A stretch of DNA of 48,955 bases from an uncultured Spirochaetota bacterium (GTDB lineage: Bacteria; Spirochaetota; Brevinematia; Brevinematales; JAOACQ01), in NCBI GenBank assembly GCA_963783575.1, contig CAWAOD010000007.1, positions 1-48,955 on the forward strand. The letters are read 5' to 3'. Below are positions 30,353 to 43,699 of this stretch, in pieces. Under the pieces are notes generated by a model. That model was not told the origin of the DNA. It saw nothing but the letters and a program-made list of their open reading frames with translations, and ran no database searches. The stretch's first letter is position 1; each line of letters begins with the position of its first letter. A program made the translations under genes and the position numbers.

Positions 30353-33326
30353 ATGAAAAGTTTACTGCGTAGGGGATGGACGAATCGGTTTGTCGGAACG
30401 GCAGTTGCGGTGTTGGGGATTGCGGGGGCGATACAGGCAGCGCCGCCTACGGACACGTGCAAACAGGAAACGTGGCTCACAAATGGTTTGGTAAACGCCA
30501 TCGTCCCCGCGGGGGACAAAATTTACATCGGCGGCAGATTTACCCGTGTCGGGCCTTACACCGGCTGCGGGGTGCCTGTTAATGCTTCAACCGGAGCGCC
30601 CGCGGCCACCTATCCTAAAGTCAATGGGACCGTGTACGCCGTTTGCGCCGACGGCAGCGGCGGCTGGTTTATCGGCGGAAGCTTTTCACTCGTTGGAGGA
30701 GTGGCGCGCAGAAATTTAGCGCATATCATCTCCGGCGGGAGCGTGGATGCCTGAACCGAGTCCCGACAGTATAGTGTATGCGCTCACGGTGAGCGGAGGA
30801 ACGGTATATGCAGGCGGGGATTTCTATGGAATCGGCGGGTCGTACCGTAACCATATCGCCGCCCTGGACATGACAACGGGGAGCGCCACGGCATGGAACC
30901 CGTCCATCAGCGGCACCGTTATTTCACTCGCGGTAAGCGGAACAACGGTATATGCGGGATGGGACGAATACCTTTCTATTATAGTCGTATATGGCTTCGC
31001 CGCCCTGGATGCGACTACAGGGCTTGCCTTGTCGGCCTGGGCGCCGAATACGAACGGCAATGTTTTAGCGATAGCCGTGAGCGGTACAACGGTCTATGCG
31101 GCGGGAGTTTTACCAGCATCGGCGATTCAAGCCGCAACTATATCGCCGCACTGAATGCTACAACCGGAAAAGCATTAGCCTGGAAACCGAATTCGAACGG
31201 CGGGGTCCAGTCGCTTGCGACAAGCGGGACAACGGTGTATGCGGGTGGGCAATTCACCAGTATCGGCGGGCAGACGCGCAACAACATCGCCGCGCTCGAT
31301 GCGACAACCGGGAACGCTTCGGCTTCATGGAACCCGAACGCGAACGGAGGGGTCATTTCACTCGCGGTGAGCGGGACAACGGTGTATGCGGGCGGGTACT
31401 TCACCGTCATCGGCGATTCAACCCGCAACTATATCGCCGCGCTTGATGCGACAACCGGGAAGGCGACGGCCTGGGACCCGAGTGCGAACGGCGGGGTCCA
31501 GTCGCTTGCGGTGAGCGGGACAACGGTGTATGCGGGCGGGTACTTCTCCTTTATTGGCGGCATAAGCCGCAACAATATCGCCGCGTTTGACGCAACCACG
31601 GGAACTGCAACGGCCTGGGACCCGAATGCGGACAATCAAATCAATGCACTCGCCGTGAGAGGTACTACGGTCTATGCAGGCGGGTCCTTCAGCCGCATTG
31701 GCGGACAAACCCGCAGCCGCATCGCCGCATTGGACACATCAACAGGGAATGCCACGGCATGGAACCCGCAAGCAAACAGCGATGTCTTAACAATAGCGGC
31801 AACAGGGACGACGGTATATACCGGCGGGTTTTTCACCACTATCGGCGATTCAAGCCGCAACCGTATTGCAGCGCTGAATGCGACAACCGGGAAAGCCCTT
31901 GCATGGAACCCGAATGCGAACACCACGGTGATAACAATTGTCCTGAGCGGGGCGACGGTATATGCGGGAGGAGAATTCACCTCTATCGGCGGGCAGTACC
32001 GCGGCAGCATTGCCGCATTGGATACGGCAACAGGGAATGCCTCGTCCTGGAACCCAAATGCCTACGGCGGCAGTGTCTGCGCCATTGCCGTGAACGGCGC
32101 AACGGTATATGCCGGTGGGTTTTTCACTAAGTATTGGCGGGTCAGGTCAAAATCAGATTGCCGCATTGGACACGACCACGGGGAATGCCTTGTATTCCTG
32201 GAACTCGAGTGCGAACGATGGTATATTTTCACTCGCCGTGAGCGGTACCACGGTCTATGCGGGAGGGCGGTTCACCACCATAGGTGGGCAAAATCGTAAC
32301 CATATCGCCGCGCTGGACGCGACGACAGGGGCGCCTGCCGCATGGAACCCGAATGCGCAAAACGAACTCGAGACAATTGCGGTGAGCGGGACAACGGTAT
32401 ATGCGGGCGGGTACTTCACCAGTATCGGTAAGGGTATAGGCCACTCCTATTTCGCCCAGTTCGGCGACTTTTATTCCGCTCCCGCGGTCGTGTCCGTTAC
32501 CCCGTCTTCGGGCATAAACACCGCAGCCGTGCAGATAACCAGCTTGAGCGGCTCGAATTTCCGGTCTGGCGCAACTGTAAAGTTGACAAAGACCGGGCAA
32601 CCCGACATCAACGCGACCGGCGTGTCTGTTGTTTCTTCGTCGCAGATCACCTGCACCGTTGATATTACCAACGCCGCGCCCGGCGCATGGGACGTGGTCG
32701 TTACCAATAACGATTTAAAAAGCGGCACACTCGCAGCGGGCTTTACTGTTGCGTTACCGGCGGCGCCGGGCGTTCCGACCCTTGAATCGCCAGCGGACAA
32801 TGCCGCCAACCAGCCGCTTACGTTGACGCTCACCTGGAACGCCGTTGCCGGCGCCGCAAGCTACCGGCTTCAGGTGATAGCGAATGACGGTTTTTCGACC
32901 ATGGTCGTGGACGACTCCACGATTACCTCCCCGTCGAAAAGCGTCGGTCCGCTTTCTACAAGCATGAACTACAGCTGGCGCGTTAATGCCAAAAACAACG
33001 GCGGTACGGGCGGCTGGTCGCAGGTAAGCAGATTTACGACCGGTTTGTCCACGGGTATAAAACAAACTGCTCTTCCCAAGAGCTTCAGCTTTACCGTCTC
33101 CGCCCGTGCGGGGTACATACGGTATGCGCTGCCCAGGGCCGAACATGTTTTCCTGCGGCTCTTCAGCATCAAGGGGCAGGTGCAATCGAAACCGGTGGAT
33201 CAGCAGCAGAGTGCAGGATATTATACACTGAGTCTGCAGCGGGACAATGTTGCCGCCGGGCCGTATCTGGTGGTATTCAACGCCGGCGATTATCATCAGG
33301 AGAAGATGGTTTTCATGGTGAAATGA
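30353..33326 (+). CDS. Large secreted beta-propeller-like repeat protein with IPT/TIG-like, FN3-like and C-terminal sorting domains (frameshifted)
   Basis: About 48-aa repeats WNPNAN..V.SLAVSGTTVYAGG.F..IGG..RN.IAALDATTG; GAWDVVVTN; WRVNAKN. Confidence 0.85.
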
Positions 33327-33371
33327 TTTTTTATTATACTTTGTCATCTTACACCTATACAGGAGGCATTT

Positions 33372-36300
33372 GTGTTCCCTAATACTTTTCGTTTTTCCGC
33401 TGTAATATGCACCATAGTTGTTTTGGCAACGTCAGCTGTATGTACCGCCAGGCCGATCCCCATGGACAACCTCGGCTCCGAAGCCGTGAAGCTGGCGGGC
33501 GGCAAGGGGTTTTCCGTGACCGAACAGTGGAACGGATACCGGCTCGAATGCCGGATGCAGGCGCTCTACGCCGAGGTGACCATGAACGGCACGACCATTT
33601 CCTCAACGTCGGCGAGCGAAGGGGGCGGTTCTTTCACGCTGCAAACGTCACGGGTTGGACGCGGAACATCGATGCAGGGCCTTCCGGCTGTCGCGGACAT
33701 GGATGACATTGACAAAAGGAGTCGTAACGGCCGGGCGCGGCGACATTAAGGAGGAATGCACAACCTCGGGCGACGGCATACGTCAGGATTTTGTCATCAG
33801 CAACAAACCCGAAAACACGGGAAAGCTTCTGCTGGACCTGGCTGTCGGCGGGGCCGGGGTGACCACAAAAAAATTACAGGACGGCATCGAAGTGCGCCTC
33901 TATTCGGGCAGGGCGCTTGTATATCATGCGTTAAAAGCGACCGACGCAGCGGGGCATGCGCTTGCGTCAAGTTTTTTAAAAGCAAACGATAACGTCATTA
34001 CCATTTCTGTTGACGACAACAATGCAACGTATCCGGTCCGCATCGACCCCACGATTTCGGACGCGGACTGGGTGAGCATCGGCGGACAGGTCACCGGCTT
34101 GAGCGGACTAGTCTGGCGCTTGCGTATGATAATTCGGGAATTCTTTACGCGGGCGGCTCCATCACCGTGGCGGGCGGCATAACCGTACACAACATCGCCA
34201 AATGGAACGGCAGCGCGTGGAGCGCCCTAAGCAGTGGGACCAACAGCACGGTTTTTTCCCTTGTTGTTGACTTTTCGGGAAACCTGTATGTGGGCGGAAC
34301 GTTCGACACGGCAGGCGGAATACAAACGTATGGCATCGCTAAATGGAATGGCACGGCGTGGAGCGCGCTGGGCACTTTGATGCCGAACGAGGTCTTTGCG
34401 CTTGCCGTTGACAATTCGGGTAATCTTTATGCCGGCGGGAATTTTTGCATGGTTGCCGGGAGCATTATATCGTGCGAAGTATGCCAAATGGAATGGCAGC
34501 GCATGGAGCGCCCTGGGCAGCGGAACGAATGATTTTGTATATGCCCTTGTTTATAATAATTCCGACAACACCCTTTATGCAGGCGGAGCGTTCGACACGG
34601 CAGGCGGAATAGCCGCAAAGCGCATCGCAAAATGGAACGGCAGCGTGTGGAGTACGCTGGGAAGTGGAATGAATAATATTGTGTATTCCCTTGCTTATAA
34701 TAATTCCAACAACACCCTTTATGCCGGCGGAGGGTTCGACACTGCGGGCGGAGCGTCCGCGAAGTACATCGCCAGATGGAACGGCAGCGCATGGAGCGCT
34801 CTTGGCAGCGGGATGAGTTTTAAAGTCTATGCCATGGCAGTTGACTATTCGGGGACCCTTTACGCAGGCGGACAGTTCGACTCGGCAGGCGGAATAGCCG
34901 TAAGCCGCATCGCCAGATGGAATGGAAGTGCCTGGAGTGCGCTGGGAACCGGAACGAACAATTCGGTTATGGCCATTACCTACGACAACACGGGGAACAC
35001 GTATGCTGGCGGATATTTTACCGCTACAGGCGGCACAACAGCCGCGCAGTACATTGCAAAATGGAACGGCAACGCATGGAACGCTCTGTTGGGGAGCGGG
35101 ACCATTAACACGGTCTCCGCCGTTGCCGTTGACACCTTGGGAAATCTTTACGCGGGCGGGGTTTTTACCATGATGGGCGGCGTTCCCGCGAACAATATCG
35201 CTAAATGGAACGGCAGCGTGTGGAGCGCGCTGGGAAGCGGAACGAGCGTCGGCACGGGCTATGCGCAGGTGTACGCTCTTGCCGTTGGCGATACGGGGAC
35301 CATTTATGCGGGGGGAAGGTTCACCGTGGCCGGAGGTACAACCGTGTACCGTATTGCCAAATGGAACGGCAGCGCATGGAGCGCGCTGGGCAGCGGCATG
35401 AATAATTACACCGTATATTCCCTTGCCTACAATAAATCATCAAAAACCCTCTATGCCGGCGGTGAGTTTACCACGGCGGGTGGTATTGCGGCAAATAATA
35501 TCGCCCGATGGCATAACGGCGCATGGGACACTCTTGGCAGCGGAACGAATGGCCGGGTCTATGCCCTTGCCCTTGACACAATCGGGACCCTTTACGCCGG
35601 AGGATCGTTCACTACGGCGGGCGGCGTAACGGCAAACCACATTGCCAAATGGAACAATGTCGCGTGGGACACGTTGCGGAGTGGAACTAACGCCGCGGTC
35701 AACGCCATTGCTGTTGATAAGGCCAATAACAACCTTTACGCAGGTGGATCATTTACTACCGCGGGCGGAACGGCCGCGTGGTACATAGCCAAATGGAACG
35801 GCAGTGCATGGAGCAATCTGGGCATCAGTTTGAATAATGTTGTTTCCGCCATTGCGCTCAACGGCAAAGGGACCCTTTACGCAGGCGGGGATTTCACCAT
35901 GGCGGGACAGTCGAACGGCATTCCTGCAAACTATATCGCCCAATGGAACGGCAACGCATGGTACGCCCTCGGAAGCGGGACGAACGGCGCGGTCAAGACA
36001 ATCACCGTTGACAGCGCGGGATATCTGCACCAAGGCGCGCTTTTCGCCGGAGGAACGTTCACCGTTGCGGGCGGAAAAGTGTCGGCATATACCGCTATGT
36101 GCTTGCCCCAAACAACGGGCGTCAATGCGCAACGCGGCAGTGATTTCTCATACCCCTTTGCAACATACGATGCCCATACCGGGCTGATGCATTTTCAATT
36201 AAAGGAGCGCACGGAAATAAGCTATTCCGTTTACGCGATGTCGGGCCGTCGGCTCTTGAGCGCATCCGGGGCCTTCGGGGCCGGGGACCATTCCATGAGA

Positions 36301-36393
36301 ATAAATGCCGGACGTGCGGCGCGAGGCGCGTATATCGTGCATTTCAGGGCGGGAAACGAATCGGTATGCTGCCGCATGGTTGTTGATAGATAG
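33372..36393 (+). CDS. Large secreted repeat protein (WNGSAWSALGSG repeats) with C-terminal sorting domain (frameshifted)
   Basis: N-terminal domain ending VDD..A.YPVRIDP; many IAKWNGSAWSALGSG.N..V.ALA.D..G.LYAGG.F repeats. Confidence 0.85.
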
Positions 36394-36476
36394 CATTTAC
36401 ACTCGTTTCCTGCGGCGCCGCTCATGGTGGCGTGTCCGCATAAACCTATTCATTCTTCAAGTGCCGGGGAGATGGT

Positions 36477-38883
36477 ATGAAACGTGCAATGTTTAGAGGA
36501 TGGACGAACCATTTTGCGGGAACGGGAATGTCTGTTGTTCTTGCCTTGCTGGCTATTATACCGGTACGGGCCGCGCTCCCTACGGACACGTGCAGGCAGG
36601 CGACGTGGGTAACCAACGGAACGGTACGGGCAATTGTTCCTGCCGGCGACAAGGTTTACCTTGTCGGCGATTTTACTAGTGGGACCGTATACGGGCGGCG
36701 GCCTGCCCCTTAATCCTTCTACGGGAGCGGCGGCAGCGACATTCCCTAAAATTAACGGGACCGTGTCTGCCGTTTGCGCGGACGGGAGCGGCGGCTGGTT
36801 CGTGGGCGGCGCTTTCACCCTTGTGGACGGCGTGGCGCGGAACAATATCGCGCATATCACGTCCGGCGGAAGCGTTGACCCCGCATGGGACCCCCATGCG
36901 ACCAATACGGTTTCTGCGCTTGCCCTGAGCGGGACATCGCTGTATGTCGGCGGGGCGTTTGACTCGATCGGCGGTCAATCCCGAAATTACATTGCCTGCG
37001 TCGGTGCCGTCACCGGCGCCGTGACAACGTGGAACCCCGCCGCAACAGGCAGCGTTTCATCGATTGCCGTAAAAGGGCCTTCTGTCTATGCCGGCGGGGC
37101 ATTCACCTATATTGGCGGTCAAACGCGGATGTACATTGCCTGCATCGATTCCGCCTCCGGCGCCGCCACATCGTGGAACCCGGCGGCAACCGGGAGCGTT
37201 TCGTCAATCGCTGTGAACGGAACACGGGTCTATGTTGCCGGCGCGTTTACCTATATCGGTGGTCAAACGCGGATGTACATTGCCTGCATCGATTCCGCAT
37301 CCGGCGCTGCTACAACATGGAACCCCAATGCAAGCAGTTCTGTTTTATCAATTGCTGTGAGCGGGGCCAAGCTCTATGCCGGCGGGAACTTCATCACTAT
37401 TGGCGGACAATCGCGCAATCGAATAGCATGTCTGGACACCGCCTCCGGCGCGGCGACAACCTGGGACCCCAATGCAAATAGCAGTGTTAGTGCTATTGCC
37501 GTGAGCGGAAACGCTGTATATGCCGGTGGCGCTTTCAGGTCTATCGGCGGCCAACTCCGAAACTGTTTAGCCGGCATAGATACCGGCACCGGCGCGGCGA
37601 CAACCTGGGACCCTTATCCGAATAATACGGTGTCTGCGCTTGCTGTGGGCGGATCTGCCGTTTATGCGGCCGGAACGTTTACATCCGCTAACGGTCAACC
37701 CCGAAAGTACACAGCATGTCTTGATGCCGCTACCGGCGTCGCAACAAGCTGGGCGCCCACTCCAAATAATTATGTTTATGCGCTTGCCGTGAGCGGGAAC
37801 TCGGTCTATTGCGGCGGACTTTTTACTTCTATCGCCAGTCAAACACGAAACTACATAGCATGTCTTGACGCCACGACCGGCGCTCCGACAAGCTGGACGC
37901 CCGATGCCAATGCTTCGGTTAATGCGCTTGCCGTACGCGGAACCGCTGTCTATGTCGGCGGCAATTTTGCCACCATCGGCGGTCAACCCCGTACCCGGAT
38001 AGCCTGCATAGATTCCGCTACCGGTGCCGCAACAACGTGGGCTCCCAATGCAAATTCCACGGTGTATTCCCTTGCCGTCAACGGAGCTGCAATCTATGTC
38101 GGCGGCTACTTTACCACCATTGGCGGTCAAACGCGAAATTCAATAGCCTGCATAGATTCCGCTACCGGCGCCGCAACGACATGGAACCCCAATGCCGGGA
38201 CCAGCTATGTGATGGCGCTCGCCGTAAACGGCACTGTGGTGTACGCCGGGGGAACGTTGCCACCATCGCGGCAAGGCACGAAACCGAATAGCCTGCCTCA
38301 ACACCACCGATACCAGCACCGCGACAACATGGGACCCCAATGCGGATGGCAGTGTGAATGCGCTTGCCGTGAACGGAACAGCGGTCTATGCCGGCGGCAA
38401 TTTTGCCAACATCGGAGGTCAACCCGCAACCGGATGCCTCATAAGCGGATCACCGGTAACTCAACAACATGGGCCCCGATGCAAATGCCGGGGTTTATAC
38501 ATTGCCGTGAGCGGGGCAACGGTCTATGCCGGAGGAATTTTCACCAACGTCGGACAGGGTATACGCCGCCCCTGTTTTGCCCAGTTTGATTACCATGATA
38601 TTACTCCTATGGTTCGACCCATCTCCCTGTCTTCCGGCGCAAACAATCTTAATTTCTCCCTCCGGAACGGTTTCGTCCGCTACACACTTGTGGGAAAAGC
38701 GTCGGTCAGTATCAGACTTTTAGACCTTAACGGAAGACATATCAGCACCATTGTCAATCAGGCGCAGGCGCCCGGCAGTTATGCGGTGCCTATAGCAACG
38801 GTTTCTCCGGCGCGGGGTTGTTATATCCTCTCATTCGAGGCCGGAGCGAAAAAACGGAACGGATGATCGCGGTTATGAAGTAA
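36477..38883 (+). CDS. Secreted repeat protein, Cys-bearing paralogue of the 30353 gene (frameshifted)
   Basis: Shared N-terminus PTDTC.Q.TW.TNG; 48-aa repeats with IAC(I/L)D; C-terminal domain FVRYTL...GCYILSFEAG. Confidence 0.85.
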
Positions 38884-38951
38884 GAAGGAAATGATTGCAG
38901 CTGACGTTTGATAGGCTTTGATTTCTTAAACTTTTATATAAGGGAGAACGT

Positions 38952-41058
38952 ATGAACAAGTGTCTGGTTTCTTTTGTGATGGGGTGCTGCATTTTATTAG
39001 GACAATCCGCACATGCACAATGGGCCCAAATGTCTGGGCCCGAAGGCGGCAGCATTTTATCGATGATTGTTTCCAACGGCATCGTTTTTGCCGGAACCGA
39101 CGGTGGCGGCGTTTTTCGCTCACTCAATAACGGCGACGCATGGACCGGGTGGGCAGCAACATGTTCGGCCAGAGTTTTAATTCGTTTGCTCCGCGTCACG
39201 ACAGCCTTTTTGCCGGCGCCTACGGCAATGGAGTGTACCTGTCGACCGACAGTGGAAAAACATGGAAGACAGTGAACAGCGGATTGTCCAATTCGTGGTA
39301 GGGCGCTCGCATCAACAACGACGGGGCTTTTCGCGGACGCCGATGACGGCCTGTACCGCTCTGTTAATGGCGGCGCGACATGGACGAACGTCAACGCGGC
39401 ATTGCAGCTGAGTGAATACGTTTCTTTCTTATAATGATACGCTGTATGCCGGCTCGTCCGACAGCGGCGTGAGCATTTCTGCTCACAATGGCGCAACCTG
39501 GACGAAAATCAATTCCGGCTTGACGAACCTGTGGGTCCGCGCTGGCTAAAAGCGGCAGCGATGTCTATGCCGGAACCTATGGCGGTCTGTATCATTCCGC
39601 AGACAACGGCGCGTCGTGGAATGTTGTTTCGGAATTAACGGTTTCATACATTACTTCCCTGACCCTGCATAACGGAGATGTTTTTGCGGGTACCGAACAG
39701 GGCGTTTATCGCCGGGTGCAGGGAAACCCGGCTTGGACGGTCGTCAATACGGGTTTGACAAACACAGTAGTATATACTCTGTTGACAAAAAACGACACAA
39801 TCTTTGCCGGGACCTACGGCGGCGGCGTTTTCCGCTCAGCCGATAACGGGGCGACCTGGGCCGCGGTCAATGCCGGATTATCGGCTGCCAGGGTCACCTC
39901 ATTTGTCAAAAGCGGCAACGCTCTTGTCGCGGGGACTTACGGCGCCGGGGCGTTTAATAAAGTTAACGGCGGTAACAATGGGCCCCGATCAACACCGGCC
40001 TGACAAGCCCCAATGTCCGCTGCCTTGCCATTCGGTGCGATACGCTTCTTTTCGCGGGGACGAATGCAGGTGTTTTCCGCACGTCGAATCTGTTGATGAC
40101 ATGGACGCAGGTCAATAGCGGGATGACGTATATCGATATCTATGCGCTTGCAGTCAATGGGGCCAATGGTCCGGATATTTTCGCCGGCATTACCTGGGGT
40201 ACACTTCAGGCGGCTATATCTATCATTCATCGAATGACGGCAACGGCTGGACCATGAACGCCGATCCAGCGACCATTTAAATGCTCTGGCCGCGAACAAC
40301 GGCCTGCTTTTTGCGGGAATCGATACCGGCGTTTTTGTCTCTAAAAACAACGGGACCTCGTGGGACGCCGCAAACGCAGGATTGACAAATAAGTGGGTCC
40401 TTTCGTTCGCTTTTAAGGGGACCGCGGTTTTTGCAGGGACCTACGGCGGCGTATTCAAGTCGGTCGATACCGGAAAAACATGGACTGCGGCTGCTGCCGG
40501 CCTGACGGCGACAGCCATTTATGCTTTGGCCGCAGGCGGCGATTCGATCTATGCCGGCACTAATGATGGCGTATTTTTTTCGGCAAACGATGGGACACAA
40601 TGGAACAGGCTGACACCGGCCTGTCGGGAATAGTTGTCAAGGCGCTTGCGGTTGCCGATACCGCTCTCTTTGCCGGCACTGACGGCGCTTCTGTATGGCG
40701 TCTTTCCCTTCATTCCGGCACCACGGCCATTAAACCTCATGTCAATAAGTTGAACCAACCATGCGCGTTTGATGTCCGGAACGGTTTCGTGCACTACACG
40801 CTTACGAATAAAACATCCGTGAATATCAAACTTTTAAGTATTGACGGAAGGTATATCGGCACCCTTGTCAAGAGCGAACAGGCAGCCGGCAGCTATTCGT
40901 TGCCGATAAAATCAGCATCCTTGGCAAAAGGCTGTTACATTTTGTCATTCGAGGCCGGGGGTAATACAAACAAAACAAATTTACTTAATGCAATAATTTA
41001 TTCATTGGCCAAAGACCGTATACGGGGTAGGGGGTGGGCACCGCATGTGCAGCGCTGA
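38952..41058 (+). CDS. Secreted BNR/Asp-box beta-propeller protein with C-terminal sorting domain (many frameshifts)
   Basis: AQWAQMSGPEGG; repeats FAGTxGGGVFRSxDNGxTWxxVNxGL. Confidence 0.8.
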
Positions 41059-41111
41059 ACTTCGGTGTACCCCCACCCACCAGTTTCAGTAGAGTTAAAA
41101 CTACAATCAAA
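41006..41111 (-). repeat. Dispersed ~100-bp intergenic repeat, copy 2 (inverted)
   Basis: Reverse complement matches 11235-11334. Confidence 0.75.
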
Positions 41112-41264
41112 TGCCTTTAGCAAAAAAACTAAAATAATCCAGTAGACAAAATGTGAAGCAGACAAATAAAAACAGTCTGAAAGGGCATATAATATTTTAA
41201 TTTCAACCGGGATATTGTAACTGCAACAACCATTTCTTTTTACACCATTTTCCAGGAGGACATC

Positions 41265-41997
41265 ATGCGCGGAAAATTTCGGGGACATTTGCAGTGCTTC
41301 TGCTTGGCGTTTCACTTACCGTAAACGCCGATATGACCATGACACAGGTAAGGACGACCGAAGCGATAAAAGACGGAAGCCCGATGGCAGTCCGAAAATC
41401 GATACCAGCACGTTGTGGATCGCAGCCGACAAGCTGCGCATGGACGGCGGGAACGAATCGGTGCTGCTCAACGCCTCGAAGGACTCGATCTATCTTATTG
41501 ACAACAAGAAGAAGACCTGTACCGGAGTCGATATGTCGATTATCGGCAACGGCCCGGCCAAGGGCGAAGCCATGCCTGCCGGAATGCCGGGAATGTTCGC
41601 GAACATGATGAAAATGGAGGTGACCATCGAGCCCACGACGGAAACAAAGACCATTAACAACTGGGCCTGCACCAAGTATCTGCAAACCATGAAAATGATG
41701 GGGACCATCTCCACGTCGGAATTATGGGCGACCAAGGACGTCAAGGTCGATCCCGCCATGATCAGAAAGTTCATGGCGTCCTTTTTTCTCCGGTCGCAAA
41801 GCACCAAAGACCTTGCCGCGCAAATGATGAAGGAGTATGAGAAAATCAAGGGGTTCGTCGTGTATTCCGTTTCGACAAGCACAATCATGGGCAAAGAGAC
41901 CCGTTCTACATCTGAAGTGCGCGAAGTGAAGGAATCCTCCGCGCCTGCTGGTACGTATGAAGTCCCGGCAAAATACTCGATGAAGAAGTGGAAATAA
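41265..41997 (+). CDS. DUF4412-like secreted protein (frameshifted 5' part)
   Basis: WIAADKLRMD, IDNKKKT, TKTINNWACTKY, ELWATKD, YEVPAKY; GGAGG RBS before 41265. Confidence 0.75.
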
Positions 41998-42061
41998 TAA
42001 CAGTAAAAGATGCAACAGCGGACGGGTTTTACTATCCGGAGTCGGCCGTTTGAGTTTTCTG

Positions 42062-42445
42062 CTAAGCAGTCTGCATTTGATAGAGAGATAAATTGCCGGC
42101 AGCCGCGTATTCTTTCTGGACTACGGTAAATATATCGTCGGGATTAGTGTTGCCGATAGAATTGACAAGGGATTGATCGGCGCTTTCGGTTATCGTCGAT
42201 TCCGCTACATGGACAAGCGCCGCGACATTTGCGCTTCCGCTGCCGCCTATCAGCTTGAGGGCGTCAAGCATCGAAAGGGAATTGTTACTTGAGGCGGCTC
42301 CTTCAATCGCCGAGATGATGGCTGGAACATCGGTGGCATTGTCATCCGCGTTTCCGGTTTCATCGGCGCCGTTTTCGTCTGAACTCTGTGAAGAAGAAAC
42401 GGTTGAATTATATGCCGGTGAGGAGGTAACGGAAGAAATATCCAT
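42062..42445 (-). CDS. Hypothetical Ser/Ala/Asp-rich protein
   Basis: 127-aa ORF with an upstream GGAAGG RBS. Confidence 0.55.
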   Translation of the reverse strand: MDISSVTSSPAYNSTVSSSQSSDENGADETGNADDNATDVPAIISAIEGAASSNNSLSMLDALKLIGGSGSANVAALVHVAESTITESADQSLVNSIGNTNPDDIFTVVQKEYAAAGNLSLYQMQTA

Positions 42446-42877
42446 ACATGGACCTTCCCTCTTCTGCAGTTAATGGTGATATTCCAATTGCTTTTCAGTT
42501 TATCGGTGTTTCTTCTGAATTTCTAAAGATGAATATTTTTTCATTTTGGCAGGGGTAGATAACACCCTGGAAAAATTAACGTTATGTTGTGCGGGAAGAA
42601 CATCGTCAATGAGAAATCCGTATCGTTAAATTTCTTAATGCGGGATTCGTTTATGAGATGAATCGAAAACACCTTCGGTCTTCAGGCGTCTACGCTGATT
42701 ATTAAATACCAGTGTAACGAATCGGACCGCCCGCAGGTCTAACATAAAGGAAGAAAAACGCGAATAAGGAGGGAAGGAATAGTCTTTCAACAACGTCAAC
42801 ATTTTAAACGATGAAGGATATTCGCCAGGCATATAAGCCTCGTGCGGTGGCGGATATTTTTTTTTTAAGGAAACGGC

Positions 42878-43204
42878 ATGGACCTTCAGAACAGGAACCA
42901 TTATAATGAAGAATTTAAACGAAAAGCAGTGCTTCATTATATTGAAAATCATGGCACGTTGGCGGGTTCCGCAACGCAATTCGGTATCACTGCGGGCATG
43001 CTTTCCAAATGGATCGATCGCTATGCGCCCAGCAATAGCGCTGACGAGGCCGTCGGTTCAATGAATTATGAGGTGGAAATCAGACGGTTGCAGAGTGAAT
43101 TGAAGGTCCTCAAGGAAATTGTCGGCAAGGCCCTTCTGCAGAAAGCCTCAGATGATAAGATCGTTCAAAAAATGGTGAATGAACCGGAAACATTTTTTCA
43201 ATAA
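42878..43204 (+). CDS. HTH_Tnp_1 (IS3 OrfA-like) helix-turn-helix protein, orphan
   Basis: YNEEFKRKAV...ATQFGITAGMLSKW...EIRRLQSELKVLKEIVG; no OrfB or TIR seen. Confidence 0.7.
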   Translation: MDLQNRNHYNEEFKRKAVLHYIENHGTLAGSATQFGITAGMLSKWIDRYAPSNSADEAVGSMNYEVEIRRLQSELKVLKEIVGKALLQKASDDKIVQKMVNEPETFFQ

Positions 43205-43699
43205 GGAAAAAATACTCGACGCAGAATTTATGCCGGTCTCTTTTTTCTTATGACTTTCCTTGTGATCGAGAAACCCGTTGAAGCATGCACTTTGAAATCA
43301 CCATAGGTACACGAGGTTTTTACTCTGCCCGGTTTGTTGAAGGGTATGTCCACGAGAAACACCAGCGCCTTGCCGTCGTGCCCGGTGACGAAACAGGAAC
43401 TCGCCGAAGTCTGCCGGCTGCTGTCGCTCCACGATCCGGTCTGCAGGCAGGTGGGGGTGCCGCACGTAGCGGTAATGTTTATCTTCTGGTCGGGGATCGG
43501 AATGCCGTTTTTGTCACTGAGCGTGGCCTCGACCGTTGCCTTCCCGGAACGGTCGCCGGAATCGGGCGTATAGGGCGTAATCTTGACAAAAAGCGAACAT
43601 GAAGATACATAGACGCGTTCATCTTCTTCCTGTGCCCATGGCCGTACAGCAGATAATCAGAATCGCTGTCAGCATGAATCGGCACATCCTTGTGCTCAT
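43197..43699 (-). CDS. Secreted hypothetical protein, possibly Ig-like (frameshifted)
   Basis: Signal-like MSTRMCRFMLTAILIICC; ATVEATLSDKNGIPIPDQKINITATCG. Confidence 0.5.

Noticed and set aside
30353..41058. Diversity-generating retroelement or DNA repeat array
   Set aside because: These are protein-coding repeats with synonymous divergence; there is no reverse transcriptase and no adenine-specific TR/VR pair
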